Source: Epithemia pelagica (taxonomy: Eukaryota; Protista; Bacillariophyta). Taken from it: a stretch of 64,000 bases of DNA. Location of the stretch: assembly GCA_946965045.2 (NCBI GenBank), contig OX337231.1, positions 248,001 through 312,000 of the forward strand, written 5' to 3'. The notes under the pieces were generated by a model, which saw only the letters and a list, made by a program, of their open reading frames with translations, was not told the DNA's origin and did no database searches. Of this stretch, positions 1 through 10,058 are shown piece by piece (position 1 is the stretch's first letter; each line of letters starts with the position of its first letter). Made by a program: the position numbers and the translations under genes.

Positions 1-173
1 ACAGCGGAAACGCTGAGGAGTAGATCATCGGGATCTAACCCTCGAGCGTCTGCACCACATGTCTTTGCCTTGACTAGCCACCACAGCTGACTGCGGAGTG
101 TGAGGGAGTAGCCGATAGGACAATTGGAGGGCGTAGGACATGGGCACAAAGATACGGTTGCGGAAGAGGTGAG

Positions 174-1178
174 ATGAGTTCTGCAGCTCGGAGAACAGAA
201 GAAAGCGAAACGACGGCTGAACAACTGGATCGTTTAAAAACAGTTGTCGAGGCACAACGCAAAGAATTGCACTGCGCTTTAGGAGGAGTGGATATCGCGC
301 AAACAGAGCTGGATAAGACTCGCGTGTTGCACGCCCAAGAGCGTCAACATTTGGAAGACGTGCAAGGCGGGATACTTGCATCCAAAGAGGCGTCGGTGAT
401 TCAGACGCAGAAAAACGTGCGAGAGTTGGTGGGCGACCATCAAGCGGAGATCGATCGACTAGTGACCCGTGTGTGTGAAACTTTTGCGGAGGAAGGAGGA
501 GACGGGGAAGACTTCGTGGAAACGGTGTTTCGAAGAGCATCGCCAAGCAACAAGAAGGTCGTGGTGGCTCTAGAGCTGTTGTTTCCGCACCCGGAAGACC
601 AAGAAGTCGTTTTCCACCAGATTTGTGGATTGGCCTTGGCTGGCGGACGGGAGAGGCCTTCTGCAGAGGAGGTTGTGGAACGAAAAGTGGCCGTTGTTCG
701 TGAGTTGTTCGCACAGAACTCTGCCCGCCGTGGATTGCCTGTGCCAGTTCCCGGAGGGAGAGCCGCGACGGCTGCCGCAGCAGCCGACCGAAAAGATAAG
801 AAACCCGAGGCGGGTAAAAAGAGGTCCGAAGGGAAAGGAACTGGTGAAGCGTTTTCGAAGCGCGAGAAGCGTTCTTTGGAAGAGTGGTTGGGCCAACCGG
901 GTTTCAGTACCCTACCCAAGAAGCAGCGCAAAAGCAGTACCCCTGTGAAGAGGAGCGCGAGTGTTTCGCCCAAGGAGAAAGGCAAGGGGTCGATCAAGGA
1001 AACTCCCACGAGGGAGAAATCGATTAAGGAAACTCCTACGAGGGAGAATACGGCGACGAGGGAAAACACGGCGACAGAGGACGAGCCGTTGTCGGGGAAG
1101 AAACATTTACCGGAAGTGGTTGTCCTGTCTGGCGATTCGTCGGGACGCGCGTCGAAGTTGGAATCAGACAGTGAATGA
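174..1178 (+). CDS. Unknown protein (334 aa) with N-terminal coiled coil and Lys/Thr-rich repetitive C-terminal half; probable accessory ORF antisense to the YR retrotransposon
   Basis: ATG-initiated ORF with a helical N-terminus (AEQLDRLKTVVEAQRKEL) and KETPTRE repeats. Its stop overlaps the next start codon (ATGA, 1175-1178). Confidence 0.6.
   Translation: MSSAARRTEESETTAEQLDRLKTVVEAQRKELHCALGGVDIAQTELDKTRVLHAQERQHLEDVQGGILASKEASVIQTQKNVRELVGDHQAEIDRLVTRVCETFAEEGGDGEDFVETVFRRASPSNKKVVVALELLFPHPEDQEVVFHQICGLALAGGRERPSAEEVVERKVAVVRELFAQNSARRGLPVPVPGGRAATAAAAADRKDKKPEAGKKRSEGKGTGEAFSKREKRSLEEWLGQPGFSTLPKKQRKSSTPVKRSASVSPKEKGKGSIKETPTREKSIKETPTRENTATRENTATEDEPLSGKKHLPEVVVLSGDSSGRASKLESDSE
990..1049 (+). 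repeat. 30-bp tandem duplication (SIKETPTREK/N), followed by two degenerate 18-bp units
   Basis: tcgatcaaggaaactcccacgagggagaaa / tcgattaaggaaactcctacgagggagaat. Confidence 0.85.
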
Positions 1179-1771
1179 AGATGGAGGAGATGGCCGAGTT
1201 GATTGAGGAGCTGGATCAGATGGCAGATAGGCAGGCCCAAATGGCCGAGATTATGGGAGAGTTGGGACGGATGGCCGAGAGGCAAGTGGAGATTTCTAGT
1301 CGATTGCTTGAATTGAAGGAATTGACGGAGAGGAGAGTGCAGCAGGCGATTAATGTGGTGGCGGCAGCGAACGCGGCTGTGGCCGACGGAGGAGGAGGGG
1401 GGGAGTGGGAGCCCTATGGAGTGGGCCCTACGGGCAGAGATGGAATGCGAGAGGGCACACCACGGGGCCGAGAGGAAGGGTCGACGGCCCGTGGAGGAAG
1501 ATGGGGCTGGCGAGTGGCAAGCAAAGGGGTGGGTGGACCGAGTCCCCGTGGACGTACGAGTCCACGAGCACAAGGTGGATTTCGGGGTCGGCGGGCGAGC
1601 CGTGGATCGGAGGAGCGTTTCAAAGTTGGGGAGCGGGTCCGGATTCGAAACCCAAACGATCCCGCTGACCCAACTGGGCGGGTGGTGAAGGTAACAGACG
1701 CACGTATCCACGTGGAGACCGACAATGGCGTGCGTTATTCTCGAGCGGACAAGAACATAGCGAGGATTTAA
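1175..1771 (+). CDS. Unknown protein (198 aa): coiled coil, Gly/Arg-rich linker and C-terminal KOW/SH3-like beta-barrel
   Basis: The C-terminus FKVGERVRIRNPNDPADPTGRVVKVTDARIHVETDNGVRY fits the KOW/SH3 pattern (FxxGxxVxI...GxVxxV). The N-terminus shows heptad repeats (MEEMAELIEELDQM). Confidence 0.65.
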   Translation: MKMEEMAELIEELDQMADRQAQMAEIMGELGRMAERQVEISSRLLELKELTERRVQQAINVVAAANAAVADGGGGGEWEPYGVGPTGRDGMREGTPRGREEGSTARGGRWGWRVASKGVGGPSPRGRTSPRAQGGFRGRRASRGSEERFKVGERVRIRNPNDPADPTGRVVKVTDARIHVETDNGVRYSRADKNIARI

Positions 1772-1786
1772 TGTTGGACCGGACGA

Positions 1787-1836
1787 AATAGTGATACTAT
1801 AACAGAATAGTGAGATACATTTGATGTGAATAGTGA
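1787..1836. terminator. AT-rich spacer between convergent stops containing three AATAGTGA octamers
   Basis: AATAGTGA at 1787-1794, 1806-1813 and 1829-1836, within the 68 bp between the stop at 1771 and the stop at 1840. A terminator role is inferred. Confidence 0.35.
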
Positions 1837-1839
1837 TAT

Positions 1840-2925
1840 TTAAATATTTAGGACGCCCGCAATGGCCGCTTGACTATGAGGACCAATTGCTTTCGAGCAG
1901 TCACGGAGGTAGTGTTTGATCGAGTCTTCTTGCCATCTGAGTCTGAAGGCAATTTGGGGAAGGGGAACTTGAACGTTCCACAACGCTACAGCGGCTGTGA
2001 CGCGTGTAGAATGGGCGACGAGCAAGTGGGCGTGACGCCGGTGGTAGTTGTGAGGGTTTGGGTACGCCTCCAGGCAAGCTTGACGGAGGGCTTTGATGAT
2101 ATCGGCCGACCGAAGGTAGGCTATCTTCCCCGGTTTTACCTGATAGGAGGCCAGGGGCAGGTGGGCTCCGACTTGGAGGGAGAGGGAGCGGCGGGCAATT
2201 GAACAGGATGCGAGCACTGGACAGAGATAAGAGTGGCCGGAACGACGGAAGATGCGTTTCGTGAAATTATGAGCGCTTTTGTCATGCCGAAAGCGGATCT
2301 GGACTGCCGAGACGGTGTGTTCGTGTTTGGGGAGGGAAGCAAGTGGAAGCATGTCGTTCGCTTGAGTCAAGAAGACGAAGTCACTGGAGACAAAGGCAAT
2401 AGGTCGATCGTTCCAGGATGGATCATTGGGACAATTGGGAACGGCCGCGAAGACAAACTTTGAGCCAGAGGTTTGGGCAAATTCACTGGCACGGGAGCCG
2501 GTGAAGAGGCCAAGCCGAACCCAGTCGAAGAGAGTTGCGTCAAGTGACGAAGGAGGGGCCCCGACTGCACGGCAATAGAGCACGCTAAGGATGGCATCGG
2601 TGATGGGTTCCTTACGATCGCGTGGACGTTGCCAGCGACGATGAAATTGTAATGGGTCGGATAGCAGTGGGTGCAGCAGGGTTGAGTTGGTTGGGTTGGA
2701 GATGTTAACAGGGCGGTTGAGGGCAACCTGAAGTGCGGAATGGGCAGCAGTTACGTAAGATTGAATGGTATCTGCCGCCAGGTCGGACCTCCGGTAGTAG
2801 TTCTCGCCGTTTGTGACGTGATGTAGGTAAAGGTGGAGGATGTGTATGCATTCGTTATCGGTCAGGCGAGATAAAAGTTCGGGGGTGAGGTGATTGCGAG
2901 CGGACCATCGGGAAAAGTGAGCGCC
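1840..2925 (-). CDS. Tyrosine recombinase (YR) of the retroelement; reading frame open 2925-1840 with no upstream ATG
   Basis: Catalytic motifs GSRASEF (R), RHDKS (K), AHSTRVTAA (HxxR) and RWQEDSIKHYLRD (W/Y). Manual translation shows the frame continues upstream of the tool's GTG start to a TGA at 2926-2928 and overlaps the RNase H end. Confidence 0.9.
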   Translation of the reverse strand, partial: GAHFSRWSARNHLTPELLSRLTDNECIHILHLYLHHVTNGENYYRRSDLAADTIQSYVTAAHSALQVALNRPVNISNPTNSTLLHPLLSDPLQFHRRWQRPRDRKEPITDAILSVLYCRAVGAPPSSLDATLFDWVRLGLFTGSRASEFAQTSGSKFVFAAVPNCPNDPSWNDRPIAFVSSDFVFLTQANDMLPLASLPKHEHTVSAVQIRFRHDKSAHNFTKRIFRRSGHSYLCPVLASCSIARRSLSLQVGAHLPLASYQVKPGKIAYLRSADIIKALRQACLEAYPNPHNYHRRHAHLLVAHSTRVTAAVALWNVQVPLPQIAFRLRWQEDSIKHYLRDCSKAIGPHSQAAIAGVLNI

Positions 2926-5771
2926 TCAAGAGTCCAAAGTTCGATCATTCTTGTTCCTAGTTCGTCCTCGGTCCTGTTGAATTTGAAGCTCGTTAATATC
3001 ACTGATAGCAACCTGGAGGGCACGCGGTAGGCGGTGGATGGGTCCAGCACTGGCTTGGACTGCTCGATAACGGAGGCCCAAGTGGGCGCAAGGGACGGGC
3101 GGGACAACAGGTCGGCATTGTGATTGAGCTCGCCCGCAATATGTGAGGCCTGTAATTGAACGGGAATAGGGGCAGAAGTGAGCATGGCTTGAAAAAGACG
3201 AGCAAGACGACGAGTTGCGGGCCGCTTGGCACGGGCGGCATGGGAGAGCCACGAGAGCGCCGACGTGTTGTCGGTGCGCATGGAGATGACAAGGGTCTGG
3301 GGTTGCGGGGTGGCGTGAGAAGCCACTCGCTGCAGGAACCAGAAGTTTATGAGAAGGACGACGAATTCAAGCAAGTTGATGTGCCACAGGGCATCGGGCG
3401 TGTCTTGAGTTGGATCGGATAATTTGGTGGACTGCATATCTTTTGGCAGGATGAAGCCCAGGCGAAGTAAGTCGGGTTTGGTCAGTCTCCACATGAAGGG
3501 GTAGTGGGTGGATAACCAGCCTCCCAGCCCTTCAATGGAAGCGTCGCCCAAAATTTCAAATTGCGAAATCCGCGGGATGCATAAAGCAATGGGACGGGTC
3601 CAAATGTGGGTCCGAGAAGAATGGAGGGTGGCCAAGAGCGTTCGGAGGTCCATAACGGTTTCTCGGGTGAGGGTGAACCGGGTTTTGTGCCAAAAGGAGG
3701 CGGCACGGGTGGATTTGCCTGCTGCTGCGGTGGCACGGAGGCGGTCGTTGAGTGCATACTGTAGGGACAACGTGTAATAGATGCCCAAGAGTGAGACTGG
3801 GGCGCTGTGACGGACGAGGCCCAGAATCGTGGCCGCCATTTGCGGTGAAAGCCGACGCCCGTCGGAGGGCGTGGTGGGGAGGTCGAGGGCGTGTTGAAGA
3901 TAGACCTGTAGTTGTGTCTGTTTATGGGACGGCCAGGAAATTGTCATAGTTCGAGTGTTGATGATATACCCCAGGAATTTCAGGCTGTGACTGATGTCAC
4001 GCACAAATTTTATTGGATTAATAGGGTCGGGTCGATGGGGGTCTTCGTCGGGGAAGCCGAAGGTGACGTATGCGGCGAGAATACTGCTATTGACTAACTG
4101 GTGGATCTCCGAGCGGATGGCCGCTCCACCGGTGTCGTCAACGAACGGAGCATACACCGGACGAGGAAAGGAGGACGGTTGGGATGCTAGCAAGTGGGAG
4201 GTGCCTTGATTGAGAGCGTCGGGAGTGGCGGTCGTTAAGGTTCTGAGGGTGCGGGGGGACGGAGGGGGTGGGATAGCAATGGTGTCCGCCAAGAGAGTAC
4301 GAGCGGAAGTGAGCTCGGCAAGGTAACGAGAGAGATGGGCTCGTAGCTCTCCCGGTAGCATGTAGTAGGAAGGACTGTTTTTGGCGCCAAAAATCATTCC
4401 AATGGGTATGATTAGGAACCAGCCGAGGACGCTTGCAAATGCTAAGGCAGCGTTGGGGTTGTATGTGACCCGACGGAAGGCGGCACTGATATCATCGGCG
4501 CTGAGCAGTATGTCTTCCGAGGGATGGTCAATACGCAGATTGTAGATGTACCGCAAAAAGCGTAGGAAAGCCGTGCCGTAAGCCACCGCGGGGTTACAGT
4601 CATCGTCATGTCCAGCATCAGGAATTTGGGCATTGGTGTTGCCGTCATCAGTGTCTGTGATTTTGGAGCTTGGATCGATGCACAAGCGGCCGGTGTCGCC
4701 GATGCGGTGGGGTTTGGGCGCTACCCAGTTAATGAGTGAAATGAAAAGACCTGGGAAGAACCGCCAGATAATGCGGGGAAGGAAAAGATGATACTGTAGC
4801 TGTTCCTCTTTCTTGAACTTTTTGGTGATTTCCTCTAAGTTTTCTTGGACCCCGGGGTAGTTGTCAAGGAGGTTGCGTTGGGAAACGGCAACGCGACTAC
4901 AGGAATAGTGGCCTGCGAGAGGGGCGCCCAGGTGAAAAAGTTGCCAAGTGCGGGCATAGTCCAACCGTGGATAGTCCGGTGGGGGCTCAAAAGCTTTGAC
5001 GCGGTCGATGATGTCGAAGGTGTCTGCCAGGCGTCTGTGATGATTATTGTAGATTCCGCCAAGCCAGCGGTACATGTCCGCATAGACGAAGTTTGCGCGA
5101 CAAAGGGCAACGGCAAGCAGAAAAGCCTTACGGAATGGAAGGGGTTGGGATTTGTCTTCGCAGGGGGGTATGCGACAGACAGCGAGAGAGGTGCCATGAG
5201 CAGCGGCAACGCGGAGACGATGATAGAAGTGGAAGCTTGGCGAGGAGGCGACTAGGTTTTGTTGGTCCTGTGGGGACAAAAAATCCCATGCGTAGTGGCC
5301 GAGCAATTCAGGGGAAACAACATGGGGTGCGGTTGCGGCAAGGGGAGTGCCGTCAGGAGCAGCATGGGATGTGCCGACGTTGAGACGGTCGGGACCGAAA
5401 CCAATTCTTTTGCGATGGTGTGTGAACGACCAGAGAGGGAACAGGGGAAGAATTCCCCAGTTGGGCACCAAGGAAGAAGAGGCAAGGAGGAGTTGGGAGC
5501 GATCGGCGTCGGTCAAAAAGGGGTTGACGGTGGTTAACACCGTGTGCAACGTTGGCAACTCATAGGAGATCCAAGAGGGGGCAGCACGTGGGTGAGAAGG
5601 AAATACTGGTAGCGTGGGGACAGTAGGGACATCCTCAGTAGTGGGAGCGGGAAGGGAGAGGAGAAGATCTGCCGTAGAGGTGGGATAAAATGTCTCTGGT
5701 GAAGTGGGAGGCATTTCATCAGACCACGGCGAACGGGCGCAAGTCGAACCTGGGCAAGGATGTGCCGGTAG
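2862..5771 (-). CDS. Reverse transcriptase - RNase H (pol); first ATG at 5714
   Basis: RT motifs ADDISAAFRRV, GMIFGAKNSP, PFVDD (YxDD variant) and LKFLG. RNase H motifs GDASIEGLGG, HINLLEF, TDNTSALSW and HIAGELNHNADLLSR. Confidence 0.95.
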   Translation of the reverse strand, partial: LPAHPCPGSTCARSPWSDEMPPTSPETFYPTSTADLLLSLPAPTTEDVPTVPTLPVFPSHPRAAPSWISYELPTLHTVLTTVNPFLTDADRSQLLLASSSLVPNWGILPLFPLWSFTHHRKRIGFGPDRLNVGTSHAAPDGTPLAATAPHVVSPELLGHYAWDFLSPQDQQNLVASSPSFHFYHRLRVAAAHGTSLAVCRIPPCEDKSQPLPFRKAFLLAVALCRANFVYADMYRWLGGIYNNHHRRLADTFDIIDRVKAFEPPPDYPRLDYARTWQLFHLGAPLAGHYSCSRVAVSQRNLLDNYPGVQENLEEITKKFKKEEQLQYHLFLPRIIWRFFPGLFISLINWVAPKPHRIGDTGRLCIDPSSKITDTDDGNTNAQIPDAGHDDDCNPAVAYGTAFLRFLRYIYNLRIDHPSEDILLSADDISAAFRRVTYNPNAALAFASVLGWFLIIPIGMIFGAKNSPSYYMLPGELRAHLSRYLAELTSARTLLADTIAIPPPPSPRTLRTLTTATPDALNQGTSHLLASQPSSFPRPVYAPFVDDTGGAAIRSEIHQLVNSSILAAYVTFGFPDEDPHRPDPINPIKFVRDISHSLKFLGYIINTRTMTISWPSHKQTQLQVYLQHALDLPTTPSDGRRLSPQMAATILGLVRHSAPVSLLGIYYTLSLQYALNDRLRATAAAGKSTRAASFWHKTRFTLTRETVMDLRTLLATLHSSRTHIWTRPIALCIPRISQFEILGDASIEGLGGWLSTHYPFMWRLTKPDLLRLGFILPKDMQSTKLSDPTQDTPDALWHINLLEFVVLLINFWFLQRVASHATPQPQTLVISMRTDNTSALSWLSHAARAKRPATRRLARLFQAMLTSAPIPVQLQASHIAGELNHNADLLSRPSLAPTWASVIEQSKPVLDPSTAYRVPSRLLSVILTSFKFNRTEDELGTRMIELWTLEALTFPDGPLAITSPPNFYLA

Positions 5772-8700
5772 TCACGACAAGGGCGGGGGTTGTTGAGGGG
5801 CGTTTGGACGGTTCGGACGGTCTGAAGCCATGTGGGCTGCAAATTCCGGTATAGGTTGGAGAAGGTGCCGAACGCGATCATGGTGACAGAACTCCCAGAG
5901 CGGTTTAAGGGAGAATTGGGGCCAGTTGGAGATAGCTTGGGGAGAAAGGCAGACGTGGTGTCGATTGCATTGCAACGGTTGGCCTTCCGAGTTTGTGCGT
6001 GAACGATGGGGACCGGTGCACCCGACAACAGAGTTCTTGTCGATGTACATAAAGCAATATTGCTTTTGGTCGAAACGGGGAATGGTGAGGGAAGACGCGA
6101 GGTCGGCAAGGAGCTTACCTGAGTGGGTATAACGTTCCTTCCCTGCCGCAGTGAGGGTGACAAGCGGGACGAGAGCTTTTTGGCCAGGGCGACGCTGGGG
6201 TTGAGCGGAGTCAGAACGAGCACGCTTGGGCGGTGGTTGGTCGGCAGCACGGTCAGGAGGACGGTCCGAGGGAGAGCGACGCCGTTGGGCACGATCGTAG
6301 CGTTCAAGAGGAGAACGAGAGTCACCCCGGTGATCAGGACGAGATGGTAGGAGATAGTTGGGGGTGGAGCGGCAAAACAAGGGTGACATGGAGTTGGTGT
6401 GTTGGTGGGAGAGTATTGTAGGAGCCGTAAATAATAGGGTAAAGGTGGATCTCCAATCCAAACAGTAGGTGAGATTTGAGTCGGTTGAGTGCGGGCTCAC
6501 ATCGTAGATGAGAGTGCACTGGGGAACAAAGCCTTCAGGGTCTGCGGTGGCGGGGCAAGCTATTTTGGTACGATTCTGGGCGCCCCAGCGGAGGAATTGT
6601 TGAAACAGGTCACAGGTGTGATGGAGAAGGGCCTGAGACAGTTGTAGCGTGTGACTGGGTTGCGAGGAAGCCAATGTCGACCAGGCATCTCGAGTTTGAG
6701 CTTGATCAAACTGATGAGCTGCCCAAAGCAATTGACCGGCAAGGGGACCGCGGAGAAGAAAGGGGCTAAAACCTGGAGGGAATTGGGGGAAGGAGTCGTC
6801 GTTGGTGAGTACCGTGTTTAAGAAAAACACAATATGATGGAAGAACAGCTTAAACTGGGTGCAGGAGAGACCTTGTTGCCGGAGGCGACCCTCTGGGGAC
6901 AAGGGGATGGACCAGAGGAAGTGCCAAGGAGTGAGGGATAGATATAATGACTTAGGGTCGTCGAGATGAAGAGTCTGACCTGCGTTGATTCGGAATGTTC
7001 TCAGTGCTTTACGCGGGGCTTCTGCGTGAAGGAAAGACTAAGAAAAATCGACGCGGAACGGAGCCACCGGGTATTTGGAAGCTTCAATGGCGGCGGCGAG
7101 GAGGTCAATGGCCGCTACCTCGGCGGCAGAGCTGCGATGATCAGCGCCTGCGTAGGGCAGAACTTGGCGCAGCCAATCGTTGTTGAGATGGCTTGGGGTA
7201 TGGAGAAGCTCGTGGGAATAGGAGGGACGTCTCGTGGTTGTGGGCAAGTTGGGGTCAACCAAACGTAGATCAGTAGGTAGAGCAACGATGCCCAGGAAGG
7301 CCCATTGGACTACATGAGGTGGGAGTTGGTCTGTTTCCTGGAAAATAAAGCGGTCAAAAGTAAATTGACCGCGCTCTTCCATGGTGCGTCGGATGAGGGG
7401 AAGATACGCGGAGGAAGCCAAGGTGGAATGCACATATTTGAGCCGTGTGCTCGTAAACCAAGTTGGGTTGTCAACCGGGAGATACCAGGGTGAGGTAGTG
7501 GTGGAAACCAGGGGTGCGTCCCAGGCCTGACGTTGGTGCGCCAAGGGGTTGAAGGATTGGGAGTGGTAGGACGCCATGGCTGGAGAGGCTGGGTGATAAT
7601 GAGTGGGTCGACGTGGTGGGTTGTGGGGTGCATGAGGAGAGGCGTTGGAGTAGGCATTGGCTGTAGAGGTGGAAGGAGACCGCTGGAGGCGGGGGGGAGG
7701 AAGAGGGGGGGGGGGGAGGAAATGCTCCTGTCGCGAGGGAGGACGAGGCGGAAGTTGCTGAATGGGGGTTTGAGTGGGAAAGGGCGGTGGGTCCGGACCG
7801 ACGAGGAGACGAATCTGATGGGGTTGAGGTGGCGGCTGCTGTGGTTCCAGCTGCTGAGGGGGTGGAGGAGCACGCTGTTGTGGTTCCATCTGCTGGGGTT
7901 GCAGAGGAGCACGAGAGACAGGGACGGGGGCAGGAAACCCTGGCGAGGGGTCCAGGGCTGCTGGTGAGGGAATGCGAGCCGTTGGAGGGTGAAAGGCTGT
8001 AGGACGACGAGAGAGGCTTTCTGCGGGAGGTTCCAGAGGGAATGGTCGAACTTCCGGTGTCTGGGGAGAGGAAGGAGGGTTTTTTTGCGAGGGTTTGTCC
8101 GGGGAATCGACATTCAAACGGGTAACTGTGTTGGGTTGGGGTGGGTTGAGGGACGAAGATGGTGACCGATCGTGTGGGGTGGATATGACGCGTTGAGCGA
8201 GATGATCGTTTAGGAGGTGATTCAAAAAATCCGGAAGGTATTTTTGGACATCAAAGGAAGAAAAGGATTTGAAACCGTAGGAGGTGGACCACGACTGTGT
8301 TTGAGGGCGAAAGAGGAAAGGAACGTATGTGTGGGTGTTGTCCACGTGAGGGATGTTTTGAGGGAGGAACAGGTCGACGTCTTGGGAGGATAGCATGTTT
8401 GCTTTCTCCCGAAAGAAAGTGAAGAATTTGGTTTGCATGGTATGCAACGGATTGTTTTGGAGGAGTGCATCTGAGAAAAGCTTGGTTGTAAGGGAGAAGA
8501 AAGGATGCACAAACAGGGCGTCATAAGGGTGGATACGAGCCGGATAAGAACGGGGAAGGTTGGTAGAGATGGGGACGTTCTTGAGGGTGGTGAGGTCGGA
8601 TGCTATCTGCTTGGAAGTGTGCCAAACAGTAGCAAAGTCGTCGGCGCGTTGACTCACGGTGAGGAGCCAATCGTTGACAAAAGGGACGTCAAGCCAAGAG

Positions 8701-9446
8701 AGAGAATGCCACGGGTCGTCAGGCGAGTGGAGGCGTGACGTAGACTGTTCAAGGATAACAGTGGAAAATAGGGCTCGGTGAGCACGGAGGGAGGCCAGTA
8801 TGGAACTGGGGTGGGAAGTAATCCACGAGTAGGGGTTAAGTTGTGAAATGGATTGGGGACGGATGCCCGATTGGAAAGCGAACGCGGGGGCAATTAACGT
8901 TGTAGGAAAACGAAACTGCGAGGAGCTGATTTTCTGGGGGGTATCGGAAAATACATGTGCTTGCAAGCCTTTTCCATTGAAGGCAAACGCCGTGGGCCCG
9001 AGGACAACCAGGTAAGGGCCGGACGGGGGTGGGATTTTGGAGGAAAGCTTGCTGGGATCGGTGGTGGGAGCCGAGTCAAGCTGAACAACGGCTAGGAAGC
9101 CGGCAATAGTAGGTGAGTCCGCAGCCAGGGTATACTTGGCAGGGGAAGTAACTACGGTAGCGTCGGGAGAGGAATTATTTGGCCCAAAATTCAAGGAAAG
9201 AAGATTGGCCAAAAATTCCTTCTGGATTTCCTTGGATTTTTCTTCAGGGGACAAGAAAATAAAGTCTTTAGAGTTTTGGAGATCGGTAGGGTGAAGAGGA
9301 GACATGCCGGAGAACTGATTTGGATAGGTTGTGGTGGATGCCACAGGCTTGAACAAACCAGAGGGGGAAAACGAAAGGAACGACTGGGTCGTATCGGGAG
9401 AGATTAATCCGCGAAGGGTAGGATTAATAGCGAAAGATAACGACAT
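5772..9446 (-). CDS. Gag-like ORF1 (about 1220 codons from the likely ATG at 9446), interrupted by one in-frame TAG at 7038-7040
   Basis: Tool ORFs 7038-9695 and 5772-6902 are in the same frame, and manual translation of 7037-6903 is stop-free (SFLHAEAPRKALRTFR...). A Pro-rich central region is followed by a C-terminal YCFMYIDKNSVVGC...CNRHHVC zinc-knuckle-like motif. Confidence 0.75.
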
Positions 9447-10058
9447 GACAAAGGAAGCAAAGGCAAAGACAAGAAAGAAAGAAGAAAGGAAGAAAAACAC
9501 CAACAGCAAACTTGATAGAGATTGCGTTGCTCCAAAAACTCTGAGCTCCATGGCTGCTGTTGGCAGACTCCTAGACATAGCTAGTGATCTAGCTAGACTA
9601 CGTGTAGCTACCTGAGTGTCCTGTCGCTGACGCACATTCGAAATTTCCTTGAAATTTATCTCCGGGTAGTCAGTCATTGCTCGTGGTTGACCCATTTCTT
9701 GAAAGACTCAAATTATGTATGCAGTTTCCATGCTATGCTCCTAGCAGGGATGCGGACCATGGCGGCGGGATCAACAGGCGCATCTAGGGAAGGAGAGGAG
9801 AAGAATGGGACTGGCAATGTGCAAAGCATGAAAGACGAACCCCGTAATGTGGGGGTGTTGCTCCACGTTTTTATTCTGGAGGCAAATCATCATTGAGTTG
9901 GAATTCCAAGGACGGAAACGGGTGTCCGTTCTATGGTGTAGTACGTTTCTCTTCTCGTTCGTAGTAAATATAAATGCCAAGAACGAAAAGAGCCTCCAGT
10001 TCCATAATGGAACATGAAAACAGGGCTTCTCGTCGTTTCTCTTTTCTGCTACACGACA

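Larger units (their letters stand above)
1840..9695 (-). mobile_element. Tyrosine-recombinase retrotransposon (DIRS superfamily, Ngaro-like: gag - RT - RNase H - YR, no recognisable methyltransferase). It probably extends left to include the antisense ORFs; termini were not located.
   Basis: Co-oriented gag-like ORF with a Cys/His knuckle, RT, RNase H and tyrosine recombinase in the canonical order. The strong purine-rich + strand skew continues through bases 1-9500. Confidence 0.92.

Noticed and set aside
25-1711. Long minus-strand ORFs 25-714 and 440-1711, and similar shadow ORFs (5534-6325, 11904-12578, 18217-19359, 29162-30265, 35931-37235, 45490-46737)
   Set aside because: They are antisense or alternate-frame shadows of better-supported genes, with low-complexity composition and no motifs.
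9560-9900. Terminal repeat of the YR element (CTAG-rich stretch, faint similarity to about 12770-12820)
   Set aside because: The matches are only 8-9 bp and no convincing partner repeat lies inside the window.
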